The notes under the pieces: generated by a model | The model's database searches: none | The model's input: only the letters and a program-made list of their open reading frames with translations | What the model was told of the DNA's origin: nothing | Shown: one piece after another, positions 51,946 to 64,000 of the stretch | Position numbering within the stretch: position 1 is the stretch's first letter | Layout: each line of letters opens with the position of its first letter | Assembly: GCA_963920595.1 (NCBI GenBank) | Contig: OY986948.1 | Location: 1,364,001 to 1,428,000, forward strand | Reading direction: 5' to 3' | Length of the DNA: 64,000 bases | Source: Eimeria praecox | Lineage: Eukaryota | Position numbers and translations under genes: made by a program

Positions 51946-54900
51946 ATGCCGCGCCTGTTGCAGCAGTTCCAACGGGGCGTCCTGTGTAGGCACCCCCTGT
52001 CTTGCGCGAGCTCTCTGCACCCTTTCACACAGTACCCAGTGCCGTGGAGCTGGTGCACGCAGGGATTCCTCCCAACAGTGTGTGGAGTGAAAGGAAGCCC
52101 TTTCACTCTACGCACTGTTGCGGGGAACCCCTGCACAATCCAGCCTGTGCTTGGCAACTGCCCCCCATTATCGCTGGCAGCCTGCGCAAGGTTAGCGTCT
52201 TCTGTGTTTGTGAAAAGTGGTGGAAGATGCTCGATTACTGGACTTTCAGCGGCTAAAGTGGCTGCTCTCCCCATATGCGAGGACCTGCAAGAAGGGCTGC
52301 AGCGTCTAGGCATTCGAAGGCTTGCGGAAGTCCAGCGGAACTGTCTTCTGCGTGCATTGGGGGGCACAAGCCTCATTGTTGCTGCAAATCCAGGGAGTGG
52401 GAAAACGCTCGCCTACCTCCTTCCTGTTCTGCAAAGGTTTTTGTCTGAGGACGGGCGACGCATGTTGGATATGTCAAACGGGTCGCCTCCATCTCCTTTT
52501 GCGCTTATCCTGGTTCCCTCGCGCGAGCTAGCTCGGCAAGTGGCGAACGTTGCAATGGCTCTGCTGCCTCAAGCGCCGGTTCTGCTGTTAGACCCTGCGT
52601 CCCCTGTGCGGCACCACCAGCAGATGTTGAGCCATTTGCCTGCCAAAATCGTCGTATCCACTCCCGATAGGGTCCGCTCACTGATGCGGGAAAGGCGTCC
52701 GCAAGCTGAGGCAACAGGAAAGACGGAACACGTTGGATCTGTCCAACTTAGCTTGAAAAACCTTCATATTTTAGTGGTCGATGAGGCAGACTGCTTGCTG
52801 CGCCGCGATTACCACTCAAAGGTGCGGTTTATTTGTAAAAGTGCCATGAGCGACAAGGCCAGCGAAGGGACTGGATCTGGAGAAAGGCTCCGGGGTTGCA
52901 CGAATTCTTTCCAGCTACTTTGTTTCAGCGCCGTGTTGCCCCAAAACTTGCTAGATATCTTTGAATCAGATTTTCCACACGCTGAAGTTCTAAACCTACT
53001 GGACGCTGCCCAACACACGACACAGGGGGTAGATATGAGTCGCCACACCCCAACAGAGGGGTGTGCAGATGCGCCCTCAAACAAAAGTGGCTCCCCAGGT
53101 ACGTACCAGTCTAAGGGTTGCAGGCTTGTTTAGCGTGCCATCATGCGTGTAGGCTGTAAATTTGTGCTCCCGCACACTTTGTTTTCACCGTTTGGACAGG
53201 CAGTGCAGTCGTGGGAGCTGGTGTAAAGCACCACATATGTTACGTACCATCGTGGAGTGCCTCTAGCACCTCACAAGACATTATCAACGACGAATTAGCA
53301 TCTCCACAGAAGAGAACCGGGCGGAGGAGGAGCCAGACGACGGAAGAAGCGCATATAGAGAAGGAGCGGAAGATGCTGGCTTTAGCCGAAGCTTTAAGGA
53401 CGTTCATTCCCCGTTTGATGCATGGCAGCCGCAGCTCCAACATAGGTGGCTTGGCCGCTCGAGGCACTGACGATGATGCGAGCTCCAGTGGTGATAGTGA
53501 ACGGCAAGAGCATTCATCCAAAATCAACCGACAAAAACATTTGGTCGATATTCAAAGCGAAGATCAGACTTCCGCCGCCGTTTTGGAGCCCCTAGCTGAA
53601 GAAGGAATTTCCACGGAGGCAGAAGGAATGCCAGAAGGAGAGCCCCTTCAGTGCATTGTCTTTGCTGACTCTCAAGAAGAGGTGAAGCACCTCAGTATGT
53701 TGGCACGCTTCAGCTAATCTAAGCTAATCAGGCGCGTGCCTCCCACTAGGAAAGGCCGGGATTTGTGTTGCTTTGTGTAGGTGCGGTACATCAAGAACCA
53801 CCCCTTGCTAGATTCTTGGCGCATTGCCTCAGTGCATTCGCGCATGGATGCACACGACCGGGAGCGTGCTATACAGAGTTTCTTAGAGGGAGACGTAAGC
53901 CATCCACGATGGGGGAGGCCAGTTGGCCTTGTGTATGAACGCTTTGTTTCATTGATGCTACCATGTGCTAGTCCTCGAATGCTTGATGCTATCAAGCAAG
54001 ATGCTTGTCCATCGAAACTGTGGCTTTGCAGGCATCAGTGCTTGTCAGCACCGACATAGCAGCTAGAGGCTTCGACATCCCTTCTGTCGTTCTTGTTGTT
54101 CATTTGCATCCACCAAGCACTCCAGAAAACTATACACACAGGCAAGATGCACACTAGTTACGAGTTAGTTGCGGTATGGTCACAATTGTTATGAGTCGCG
54201 AGCGGTATGGTTGCGCCCGTGTGCATTGAGGTTTTCGCCTTGGACTTACGTCCACTCTCTGAGAACGGTGCCTCTCAGAGCTTTTTTGTGCTGCAGAACA
54301 GGGCGCGCAGGAAGGGGCAAGATTCCAGGGACATCAATTGTGCTCTGTAGCAGTGTGGAGTTGCATAGACTTCGGGATATTGAGCGTCTAGGGCGGTTAT
54401 GCTTTGAGCGGCGAACACTGCCAGCAGCTGCGGACTGTCAGGACCTCATGCTAAAACAATTAATAGGTGTGCCGATAGCAGTGGCAGCACATACTGGTTG
54501 TCATTACAAAACTCTGCCTTTTATCTTTACCAGCTAAACCCCCACTGTGTGGCTTTGTTTCTTCCAGCGGACATGTTGAATGTCCCCTACTCACAGTATG
54601 CCCCCCTTCTAGACGTGGCACAACGCCTTCAGGAAACACTTGGGGCCCAGGCACTCGCAACAGTCTTGCTCAAACTGGGAGGGGCCACTGCACATGGGGC
54701 GCTGGGTGGCCCGGCTTCCGAGTCCCGATCCGTTCTCTCCGGAAGACAAGGTTTTGTGCCTCTTCTTCTCTACGACCCAACTCACGCGGTAAGCCGCGCA
54801 GCCAGCTGCTGGCCCTGTTGCGGCCCTCCTTCCTTCATTGCTTCTATCTTCTTTGTGTACTATGTGCGGTGAACGCAGCGCCTGCAGGGTTCAACGGCTG

Positions 54901-55589
54901 CGCGCCGACTTCTTCAAGGCCTGTTACCCCGAGCCGCCACTCCAGAGGTTAGCCAGAGTAGCGCTATCGATGCGCCCTCCTCCTGTACTAGCAAGTAGTG
55001 AAAACTTTCTGCAGCAAGGCAAGGTATCCTTCACTGCTTCATGCACCAGCTGGTGACTTTATGCAGGCGATAGGGAGGATTGTTAAGAGTGTCAATGGTT
55101 TTGTCGCCGACGTCTCCACGACATACGTAGATCATATCGTGCAGGAGGGAAAGCGCAGGGGGACAAGTTCCAGCGAGCCGTTGAGCAAAGATTGCAGTAC
55201 ATCTGCCAGTGCAAATGGCTTTAAAGAGTCATGGGTTCCAATATTCCACTTGGATCAACTTCCGCGCCTTCTTAGTGGTGGGATTGGGAGGCGCAGACAT
55301 GGACGACGACTACCGTGGGCACGAATGAAGTAAGGGCATTTCTTCTCTGTTTGTCAGAGCCACGGAGTATACTTCTGAAGGCAGTGCATCGCCATCGCAA
55401 AACTGTTCACGGAAACGCTTGTTTGTGCGTGCCGTATTGCTCTGCCGCCTGCTGTTCAGACTGTCTCTTGCTCGGTCAAGGAAAGAATCTCGTCGGCAAG
55501 CTGCGCAGAAAGATGGAGTATTAAAAAGTGACTCTTTGCATCTTCAGGCGCTCAAAAATATGAATGCTGGCAGTGCAACACGTTCGTAA
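51946..55589 (+). CDS. DEAD-box ATP-dependent RNA helicase with a DDX21/GUCT-like C-terminal region
   Basis: Q motif (LAEVQ), [80 protein letters not shown], then [15 protein letters not shown]. Multi-exon, GT-AG. Confidence 0.92.
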
Positions 55590-57352
55590 GCGTTTGGCTA
55601 TCACTGGTGTACTCTGTTGCGCACGGGCAACAATAGCCAGGGAGCCAAACACTGTGTGCTTCAAGCCCTGTGTGCTATCAACAGCCAAACTGTAGGCTTA
55701 GGGAGATAAAACCGGCCTTGAACCAATTGAACAAGTGCATCCACTCCCCAATGCGCAGCTACAAGGCAAGTGCGGAGTAATTGATGAAATGACAGAACTT
55801 TGCACGGATCCTTGCAACGGATGGTGGGTTTCAATACAGTCGGGGTAAAACCGAACAAATCATGTGGAATGTCCTACTGGCAAGCAGGCGGTCGCAGCGC
55901 ACCATGAGAATCCCGGTGAGACCTCACGACGCGCGTCACGAGGACAATTAAAACTGGTGAATGCGTTGATACAGAACTGTAGGGCACCAAGGGTACTGCA
56001 GCATCGGCGGCACCCTGGGCGTGCCAGTGAGACTCATCCTTTTGAAGCTCTTGCATACTGTGTTTGTTCCCGCATTTATTGCAGCTTGACCGCGTGTATG
56101 TGAATGAAGTAATCATAGCCCCTTTTCGGCCATGCCAGCTTATGCTGGTACTCCATTATATTGCCTGTTGCTTCCGCACTGTGGAAGGCTGTGAGGTACC
56201 GAGAAAATCCAGTTGCTGTAGTTCGCGCTATCACTGACGCGTAAGCATACCGCGGGGTAGCGACCTAGTGGTGTATAGAGCACTGCTGTGTAGGCCCAGG
56301 CAGTCCGTATCTGCTTCTATAGAGTTCCTTGTGGCCCTTGGGACCCGTACGCGACTCATTTAGTTTGCGTTGTCCATCTCCAGTCCAGAGTCCTCAGTGT
56401 ACACAAAAGCTTCGCTTCCCCCCGGGCTGCAACAATGCTGCCATGTGCATACATGAGCAAATGGCTAAATTGCCTTAAGGCGAAAGCGCCGGAATGGTTA
56501 TCCGCATGTTTATCGTCTTGCCAGTCTAGTGCTTTCCCGGCAAGGGGCAGCCCTAGAACCTACTACTCTAGAACGCCTAAAAACTGCCAACGTGCCCAGC
56601 TCCGCACGCCCACCACACAATTTGCGCGTGCCCTCCCAAAGCACGAACCCCGTCGCATCTATCACAGCAGGGAGCGCTTCGCGAATGCTGCGCTACACTT
56701 CGTCACGCCGCCTAAGCTATACTGCAGGGCTCAAATCGTACGAAAGCCTTATTCCGCATTGATATACATGCTTGCTGGCTACGACATTAATGTACTGCTT
56801 GCCTCCGAAGCCCAACAAACTACCGAAAACTACCACCATCCACACTTCCAGAGTGGCGCTAACGCAATGTGTAGAATAAGTGTCATGCGACCCTTTGGCG
56901 AGTAGCCACACTACCGAATAATGCTTGACCCGTCCCCTGGTACACACTAAGCCGTCAACAGCATTATGAAGTTGCTTGGGTAGGGACTGATGGCCACATC
57001 ACCACACCCTAAAGTGCATATTGGGGAAAAAAAGTGCATATTGTCCAGAAGGGCAGCGCCTTCATGCAGAACGGCTTTTTGCCGTACCAAATAGCTCTCA
57101 AAAACTATTGAAGATCCTGACAGCCGTATTCGGCGGCTGTGTTGCCTCCACATACTATGCCCCAACAAAAACGCATACGGACATGGGAGTGCCTGAATGG
57201 AAGATTTGAGATCGGAAGCCAATACTGAGAGCTGCTTGCAGACCGCGAGTGTCCGTCATAGTCGATATAAGGATCAGCACTTACCCAGCAAGGCTGTGAA
57301 GACTGCGGAATTACGGAAGCCGGACTATACCTTCAGGTGACCTTAATGGCCC

Positions 57353-60123
57353 TTAGCCCCGTACCAGCCCCGCGCGCTGGCTGGGAGGTAGGTGAAGCCG
57401 ATAACGGGTGATGAATGTCTGGACAACACGGCAGAGCTCAGCAGGCTGATCCTCCTGCGGCCACAATTCAGCAAACAGCCACACCGCCTTGCCAACTCAT
57501 CAAATTCTGAACCAAAATACCCGCCTCTGATGCCGCTGTGCACGTTCTACTACTGCTGCATGGCTGTGCAGCTACAGCCACGTGGGACAAACTACAAGCA
57601 TTCCAACTGAGCTCACTTCAATAACATGGCCTGAGCCGCTCACAATCTGCACTTGAAACTTCCCCTGTGCATAAAAGCCACCGCGCACTGAAACTTTCTG
57701 TCCCCATCTTTCCCCTCCACAGCCTTTGCAGTAAACAACATTGGCAACATGCCTGCTTGCAGGCAATGCAGTCCTTAGAGGGAATGCTGGGTCACCTGCA
57801 TGTGCGCTATCATTAACTCCTTGTCCAAGCGGTCACTGCTGGAACATATCAAAATCTTGACGCAACGGCTCGACAGAAATGCCTGTGACATCCCCCGAAA
57901 CCATCCTAAAGATGCGCACAGGAAATGGCATGGCATATGGCTTGTATCAACTGAAAAGTTTAGCCTGTTCACGAGCGATCTGTAAATTTGACGAACAAGG
58001 GCACTGGGTGTGCCTACCTTCCCAATACGGCTCAGTTGCCATCACGTCAACACGCCATGTCCTGCACATCCAACATCCCAGCCACCACATCTGCACAGCA
58101 CTTCTTCCATCTAAAGCAGGTTTCACTGTGCCTAGCAAGTCAGCCAAATACGGCACGGAGAACTAACGAGGCTGCTTATTCGCATGCTCACCATACTTCC
58201 TCGTCAGGTGGTCCCTTCTCTGCACCCTTGTGGCTCGCCGGGAGTGCCCCCCGCGTGGTCTTCACTAGCTGGGAAGGAATTGAGATTGCAGCGCTGCTCT
58301 TGTTGCACAGGAGTCCAGCAAAAATGCTCCAGTTCACGGCCTCCTTGCAGCTTGTGAATAGGCTAGGAAACCGACTGACGAAGGCGGCCATCTGTGGCAA
58401 GGCTGCCAGAGCAGTCCCTGTGAAGACAGCAACGAAAATAAAAATACGCCTGCATACGCCTGCATACAGAGTTTAAGTGCCTCCATCAATGCCTGCCACT
58501 GCACAAACTTCGAAACCCAGCCTCAGCAGGGAAGGCTCAGAGGAGCTTCCAGCTGGTTTGACGTGCGGAAGCCAGGAAGTGCACCAGCCCGCCATTCAGC
58601 GATTAAGAAGTGTTCGTGTTCTCTAAAGCCGGAATACCTTCAACAACATCCAAAACCATTAAACCATGAAGCTGCGGAACGCGCCCTGATGCCGCCATTC
58701 TTGTGGCAATGGCTCCACCCATGCTGCATAAGCGAACACTCACAAACACGAGCGGAGCAAAAGCGCATCGACGCCCCTCTGAGGTAGTCAACAAGCCTTC
58801 ACCAGCACAGTGTCGCGGGCAGAGGCACGAACCTGTGGCCCACTAGAATTACAGATGGTAGTGAATCTGCGTCTCCATGCCATTTCGAGCCTCCTTTCGC
58901 TGATTCATCCGTCGCTGTGCATTCTTGAGCTGGTTCCTCCTGTTGGTCGCCGTCTGGCGACAGTTCTTCTCGCACCATACGGTTGAAAATGTACTGCACG
59001 ATTGCAATGCCATCTTCTGTTAAGATTTCGGCTGATAAAGTCTTGCTGTCGGCGCACGTAGTCGCACCGTGGCCTCTTGCATCATAAGCAAATACGCGCA
59101 GTGGCAGCGGGCCATCCCGTAAAAGACGCTGGATGAAAGCAGCCACACCATTAAAGATGAAGTCCACATCGTACCAAATGTAGCACAGGTATACCACAGG
59201 GAAAAGGCTACCAGGCATTTATTTGCTCACCGTAAAACATGCCCAGCTCAGCGCCGTATGGCCGGCTCCATGAAGTAGGAACAGAAGCGGCCCAGATGAG
59301 CCACTGGAATACACACGAAAGGTCTGCACACACGGAATACACACGAAAGGTCTGTACACAATCATACAGCGAGACGCGTTCCGCACAGTGTAATCGAGTG
59401 CACAAATGTAGCCCGAGCACGACAATTTGCCAAGAGCGCTGGGGCGCGAAGCAGTGTTCCTCTCAGGTAATCGGATGTTCCATCCACTTTTTGGCTACTC
59501 TCTTAACACTCTGCATGTGCAATAGTCTGAGAAGAATCTTGCTAAGGAAGAAACTTACGTCTTTGCCATCTGATGGCCTAATATCCTCGCGTTTCTCGAA
59601 GAATTCATCCCATGTGGGCAACGGTCCGCACGACCTGCGAAGGAAACGGCACGGTAAGGCGAGTATGCAACACACCCAAGTAATGAGAGTGTCAAAATTA
59701 TCTCCACACACTGGCAGTGAGAACCCACGCATTGCAGCTTGAGCGCCTGCTACTACTGCCACTGTGCGGCGCCGCGGGTTCGTGGTTTCGACCACTGCGG
59801 TGTCGAGCAGATGAATGGGGGCGATGTTGCCGCAAGTCTTCTTTAGGACCGTCGGCTATCTCCCTGTCTGAATCCTGGCTGTTGCGGCATGTGATTCCTT
59901 CCGCGCTGAGCCCTGCATCCGCCTGCTGTCGTTCCTCCTTCACTGTTCGCATGGAACAACCAGCTGATTTTCGGCGAGACTGATGTGGGCTTGCCGAAGG
60001 ACTACCAACTCGGTCTGGTAAGTTGCTGCTGCGGCCCCGAGTAATGGGAGGCAGTTCCTTGATATCTGGGGGCATTCGGGCAGGCTGCCTCGAGGAAATG
60101 GAAAACAACTCCGACGCGTCCAT
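57353..60123 (-). CDS. PPME1: Protein phosphatase methylesterase 1 (PME-1, alpha/beta hydrolase)
   Basis: Spliced product: WDEFFEKRED..TFRVY..LLHGAGHTALSWACF..AYDARGHGATT..ILVGH|SMGGAIA..LMVLDVVE|GTALAALPQM..WRVDVMATEPYWEG|WFRGMSQAFL..DRLDKELMIAHMQ|GKFQVQIVSGSGHVIE|EDQP. The Ser-Asp-His triad is intact. Confidence 0.95.
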
Positions 60124-62035
60124 TGTCCAAGCGTGGACTACGCGCGGCTATCAAGCACCTGAATGCTTTGAAACAGACCCTGGCCACTAAAAACGTCCTA
60201 CAAAGCTGAACTAATCTACAACCGATCCGCAATACTACAACGATATTGGACAGGGCTGAGTGCGGAAAGCCTCATGTGCGTGGCTGTTAGACAGGTAGGC
60301 CTTTTGAGTCGGAGCATTAAAAGAATAGTTCACGATCCTTCGTGGTAGAATATTCCATGGGAAGGCGCCAAGGAAGCAGTACAAAGACTAGCGTCTGAAG
60401 TTATACTTGGGTGTGCGCCGATCCCTAGGTCCAACGTTTCGATTGGAGCGTGCCCTCGAGAAGGGGAGGTGCTCTGTACGCAAAAATGCCCTGTGAGTCG
60501 GGTCCTTTACCGCTCCTTTCTGGAAAAAAAAAACAGGACACTACGGAAGCCACGAAGTGCGTGGTCTGCAGTTACCGGAAGGTGACGGCTGGATTGACAA
60601 TACAGAAAACCAGATCGTTGGCGAGTGAGTCGAGAAGGACTCAAAGAACTTAAGTGAAAGTTTCACTACAAATCAATGCCGAAGAAGAAGTGTGAATTAC
60701 ACGCAGTCATTTAAGGCGCTGCACAACAGCCGCACATGCAAGCGCCGGCCGCCAAGATCGGAACAGTAGAGGGCACCCACGAGATTACAATTGGCATCTC
60801 AAGTGTTCAGTTGTATGGGATTTTGTTCTTTATTTGTGTTTGAATGCCACTTGCTATGAGCAACAGAAGCTTCGGGCACTGCGCTGCTACATGGCATAAC
60901 TGACGCGATTTAGCGCGCGACGCAAACAGCCCAGGCCATACTGTGTGGTGAAATACCCGGCTTCATTAGACCCGTTGAGCACCAAGTGAGTTATTTATGC
61001 GGGGCATATAGCTGCAAGTATTGAAAAGTTATGCTCGATTAACATGAAAAAGTGGGACTTATCCCGAAGTATGGGAGTATGTGTAGCGTGAAGCTAAAAA
61101 ACGGAAAGCTTCTCCCAGATTATCGAAAGTGTGCACACCCATTTGCAATTTTTGCATCTGCACGGCAGTTCCCCGTAGCCGGTGGCTTTAGGCCCTTCAC
61201 TGCAAGTCCCGTGGAAGGGTGTTAAGGCAGGTCTGCTCACCGTACCCCCCGAACGAAGTAAGGGTGGGCGTTGAGTTGGCTGTTCCACGCTGCGGTCATT
61301 ACTTTGGCATGCATCCAACTGACGCTGCTAGCTGCTACGTCTCCTCATCCTTAACTGATTGGGCAGGGAGAGCAGGCTATCAACATGCATTCTACTTCTC
61401 TTTCCTCAGTTATTGTTCATGGAGTGCTCCGCGCTAGTTGCAAGGAATAGACTAGGACCGGTGTGTCTGCTGTCCAGACGGAGTTTAAGGACTACTGCAA
61501 ATAGGCCATTGCACCTATACTACTGAAGCTGCACCCAGTTTCGCGACTAGAAGGAGCAGCGAGGTGTTTAGTGCGTCGTTATCTGGCAGGAGAATAGATC
61601 CCTTTTCACTTGGCTAGCGTTGGAATTCTTTGAATCATCTCCACATCTCCCGGCTTGTGTAGACTTGCCGCCAGCTAGGCACCGAAAACTGATGCGTTGT
61701 AACCCAAGAATGAAAAAATGATACGTTGTAGCGCAAGAATGGCTGGTGTTTTCATTGTTGCACAACACCCCTCGGGAAGAGGCGGAAGTGAGTGCGCCTT
61801 GCAACGCCTCAAGCAAATACAGTAGTGAGGTTTATCTCGCGTATGTTGCTACCGACTATGGGCTCAGCAGCGAGTCAAAGAACAACACGGATAGAACGGT
61901 GGCGCCGCTAAAAACTGGTCCTTTAGCATTTTCGTGTGGGCTTCCTACTCTGCATGGTGTGGAGCCAGACACCGTCCTCGGCAAAATCGATTCTTTAGCT
62001 TTTTCTCCGGAAGTGCAGAAACGCGGTTTCCTCAT

Positions 62036-63980
62036 TCATGCATCAGTCGCCATGGTCAGCGCGACTCCCGCAAGTATCCAACGACGCTCCGAATCGTCAG
62101 CACTCATTCTGATCCAGTAACAGCGCAAGGTGGGCAATAGACCCACAGCAAAATCAGGTAATGTTGACGCGGGCGGCAGAAGCTCAACCGTGACTTAAGG
62201 GAAAGTGCTTGACGGGCCACTTTTACCGGTACACTGGAAGAGCTCTGCTTCAGGCAGGAAGACGCTGCTCACCTCAAGTTTGCAGTTGTCACGTATGTTG
62301 GCCCTCTTGCTGAGGTGAGATAAACGGGGCAGCTGTACATTGCAGTGTTGTCGACTTCGGCAGTGGGTATGGCCTCTACTAGGAAGACAGGCATGGGGTA
62401 CTGCAGGACTTTCGGCTGTGCATGTGTCAGATTGCCTTCAACGTCGCCCTTGCCCTCTTCCCAAGCTGCGCCTTCTAGGAAGAGCCCATGAATGAGCACG
62501 CCCGTTTCAGGAGCAGACAGCGGCTGCTGCTGCGTTGCGCCTCCCTGCCCTGCCACTACTCCAGCGCCGTACCGAATGTTTGTCACTGTCCACCGCAAGC
62601 ACATGCGGTCTAGAGCAAGCGATTCCGCTCGGGCACGCACCTGCGACCACAGGATCAACGCACGTATGCCCAACAAAAGGCATGAAACCATCGGGAGTCA
62701 TTATTGGCCCATGAAGGTGTGTGCATATCACTTTTCTGGAATGGTTTGGCTACTTTGCTTTGCACTTAGACGGCCTGCTGTTCACTGGTAAGGCCAACCT
62801 GCATGACAGCAGTTAGGAAGGACATGGGGTTAAAGAGCCCGGAAATCCACAATGGGCAGGGAAGAGTAAAGTCTGTGCTCCACTCCTCCAGTTGCTTCAC
62901 ACGATGCAGTAGGTCATTTACCCTGAATTCATAAGCTCAAATGTATTTTATGGATTTTCTGGCAACCTTGTCCTCGAGGCAGTAATAGGCAGCGGCAGCT
63001 TCAGTAAGCACCATAAGAAATGTGTAGTTATTGTGGCGTTTGACGGAACTGACCAAGGCCCCAGCTGCTTGCGCGATTCATAAGCATACGGCTTCCAAGC
63101 TTCAGGGACTCTGCTCATGTTAAGGGAGGCTTCAAGCTGCTCCATAGCGTCCGTCACGTTTAATGCACCCTGCCCACAAGCAGTAAGAAACCTTCCTGCT
63201 CACTGGATACCTTATAAGCTGTCCCTTTAAAGCTTATTGAGCATTCATGCAAACCCTTTTCTCCTTGTGTTGCTGGTGAAGATCCCATGTCATGACTCTG
63301 TGCGCCTTGAGGCTTTTGCGTTGCCAGCATAAAGGGAGTATGCCGTAGCATTGGTGCATCAACGACCTCCAGGCCCTTCTTGAGTTGCTCCAGAGTTCGC
63401 CGTGCTTCGGCTAAAAGAACGTTCATTCGTTCCACTTCCTGATACAGTGCAGCATTTGTCACTACGATCATGCGATCCACCTTTAAATTACATTCGAGCG
63501 CTGTTTTGGCAGGGCGTCTGTTTTCTCTAAGAAGATGGTAAACAACTGGCAGCGGTGCTCCCATGTTTCTGCCTTGTGAACTACCGATAGCTTACTTGCA
63601 GACAGACGACGGTTGCAGGATGAAATTCTTTAACTTTCGCTCGAATGGCAGCAACATCAAATGGGACGGGCACTTTCCCAAGCAAGGAATCTACCATGCT
63701 CAGCACTGTGTCCTCCTTCCGACCTACAGAACTCCCACCTCCAGCAACGCCAGACACCTCCTGAGAGCAGACAGCACTCTAGTATGATTACCATTTAAAG
63801 ACAGGCCGGGGTTTGACAATGTCAAGCTTCGCATTCACTCCGGCCGAGGAATGCGTTCAAAATAATAGCTGCTCCGTTTCCAGGCGTTAGTCAAGCCATA
63901 CTTGTAGAGTAGTGAACAGTTCTTCGCTTTGGGAGCTCAAGCAACCCAATTCGGCATTTGGATGCAGCCCAAAAACCTTC
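62036..63980 (-). CDS. Axonemal dynein heavy chain, C-terminal exons (gene continues beyond the window end)
   Basis: [11 protein letters not shown]..; [121 protein letters not shown]; stop at 62036. Confidence 0.96.
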
Positions 63981-64000
63981 ACAGCAGTCACATGCACCCC

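Noticed and set aside
55600..57340. ORF 56435-56905 and neighbours
   Set aside because: No family signal; consistent with UTR or intergenic DNA between convergent genes.
60130..62030. Short ORFs between PME-1 and dynein
   Set aside because: No motifs or splice-consistent structure were recognised.

Overview
Eukaryotic, intron-rich DNA from a coccidian apicomplexan, very probably Eimeria. The evidence is pervasive CAG/CTG tracts, interstitial AAACCCT telomere-like arrays and AGCT and TGCATGCA repeats. The window runs from a repeat-rich segment (~1-33.5 kb) through a transition into a repeat-poor segment (~42-64 kb). Most supplied ORFs are artefacts of stop-free microsatellites. Manual, phase-checked GT-AG exon joining gives these genes in order: proteasome beta5 (-, 3' end outside the window), a SerB phosphoserine phosphatase with a long N-terminal extension (+), a DDT/WHIM-domain ISWI-partner-like protein (-), a UVRAG/Vps38/Atg14-like protein (+), ArfGAP (-), a P1B copper-type ATPase (-), a prominin-like 5-TM protein (+), a small hypothetical protein (-), a DEAD-box helicase (+), PP2A methylesterase PME-1 (-) and the C-terminus of an axonemal dynein heavy chain (-). 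The most notable points are the UVRAG/Atg14-like and DDT-WHIM proteins hidden in homopolymer tracts, a strand rule in which introns carry CTG on the sense strand, and introns bracketed by inverted telomeric repeats. All family calls are by eye; no searches were run.
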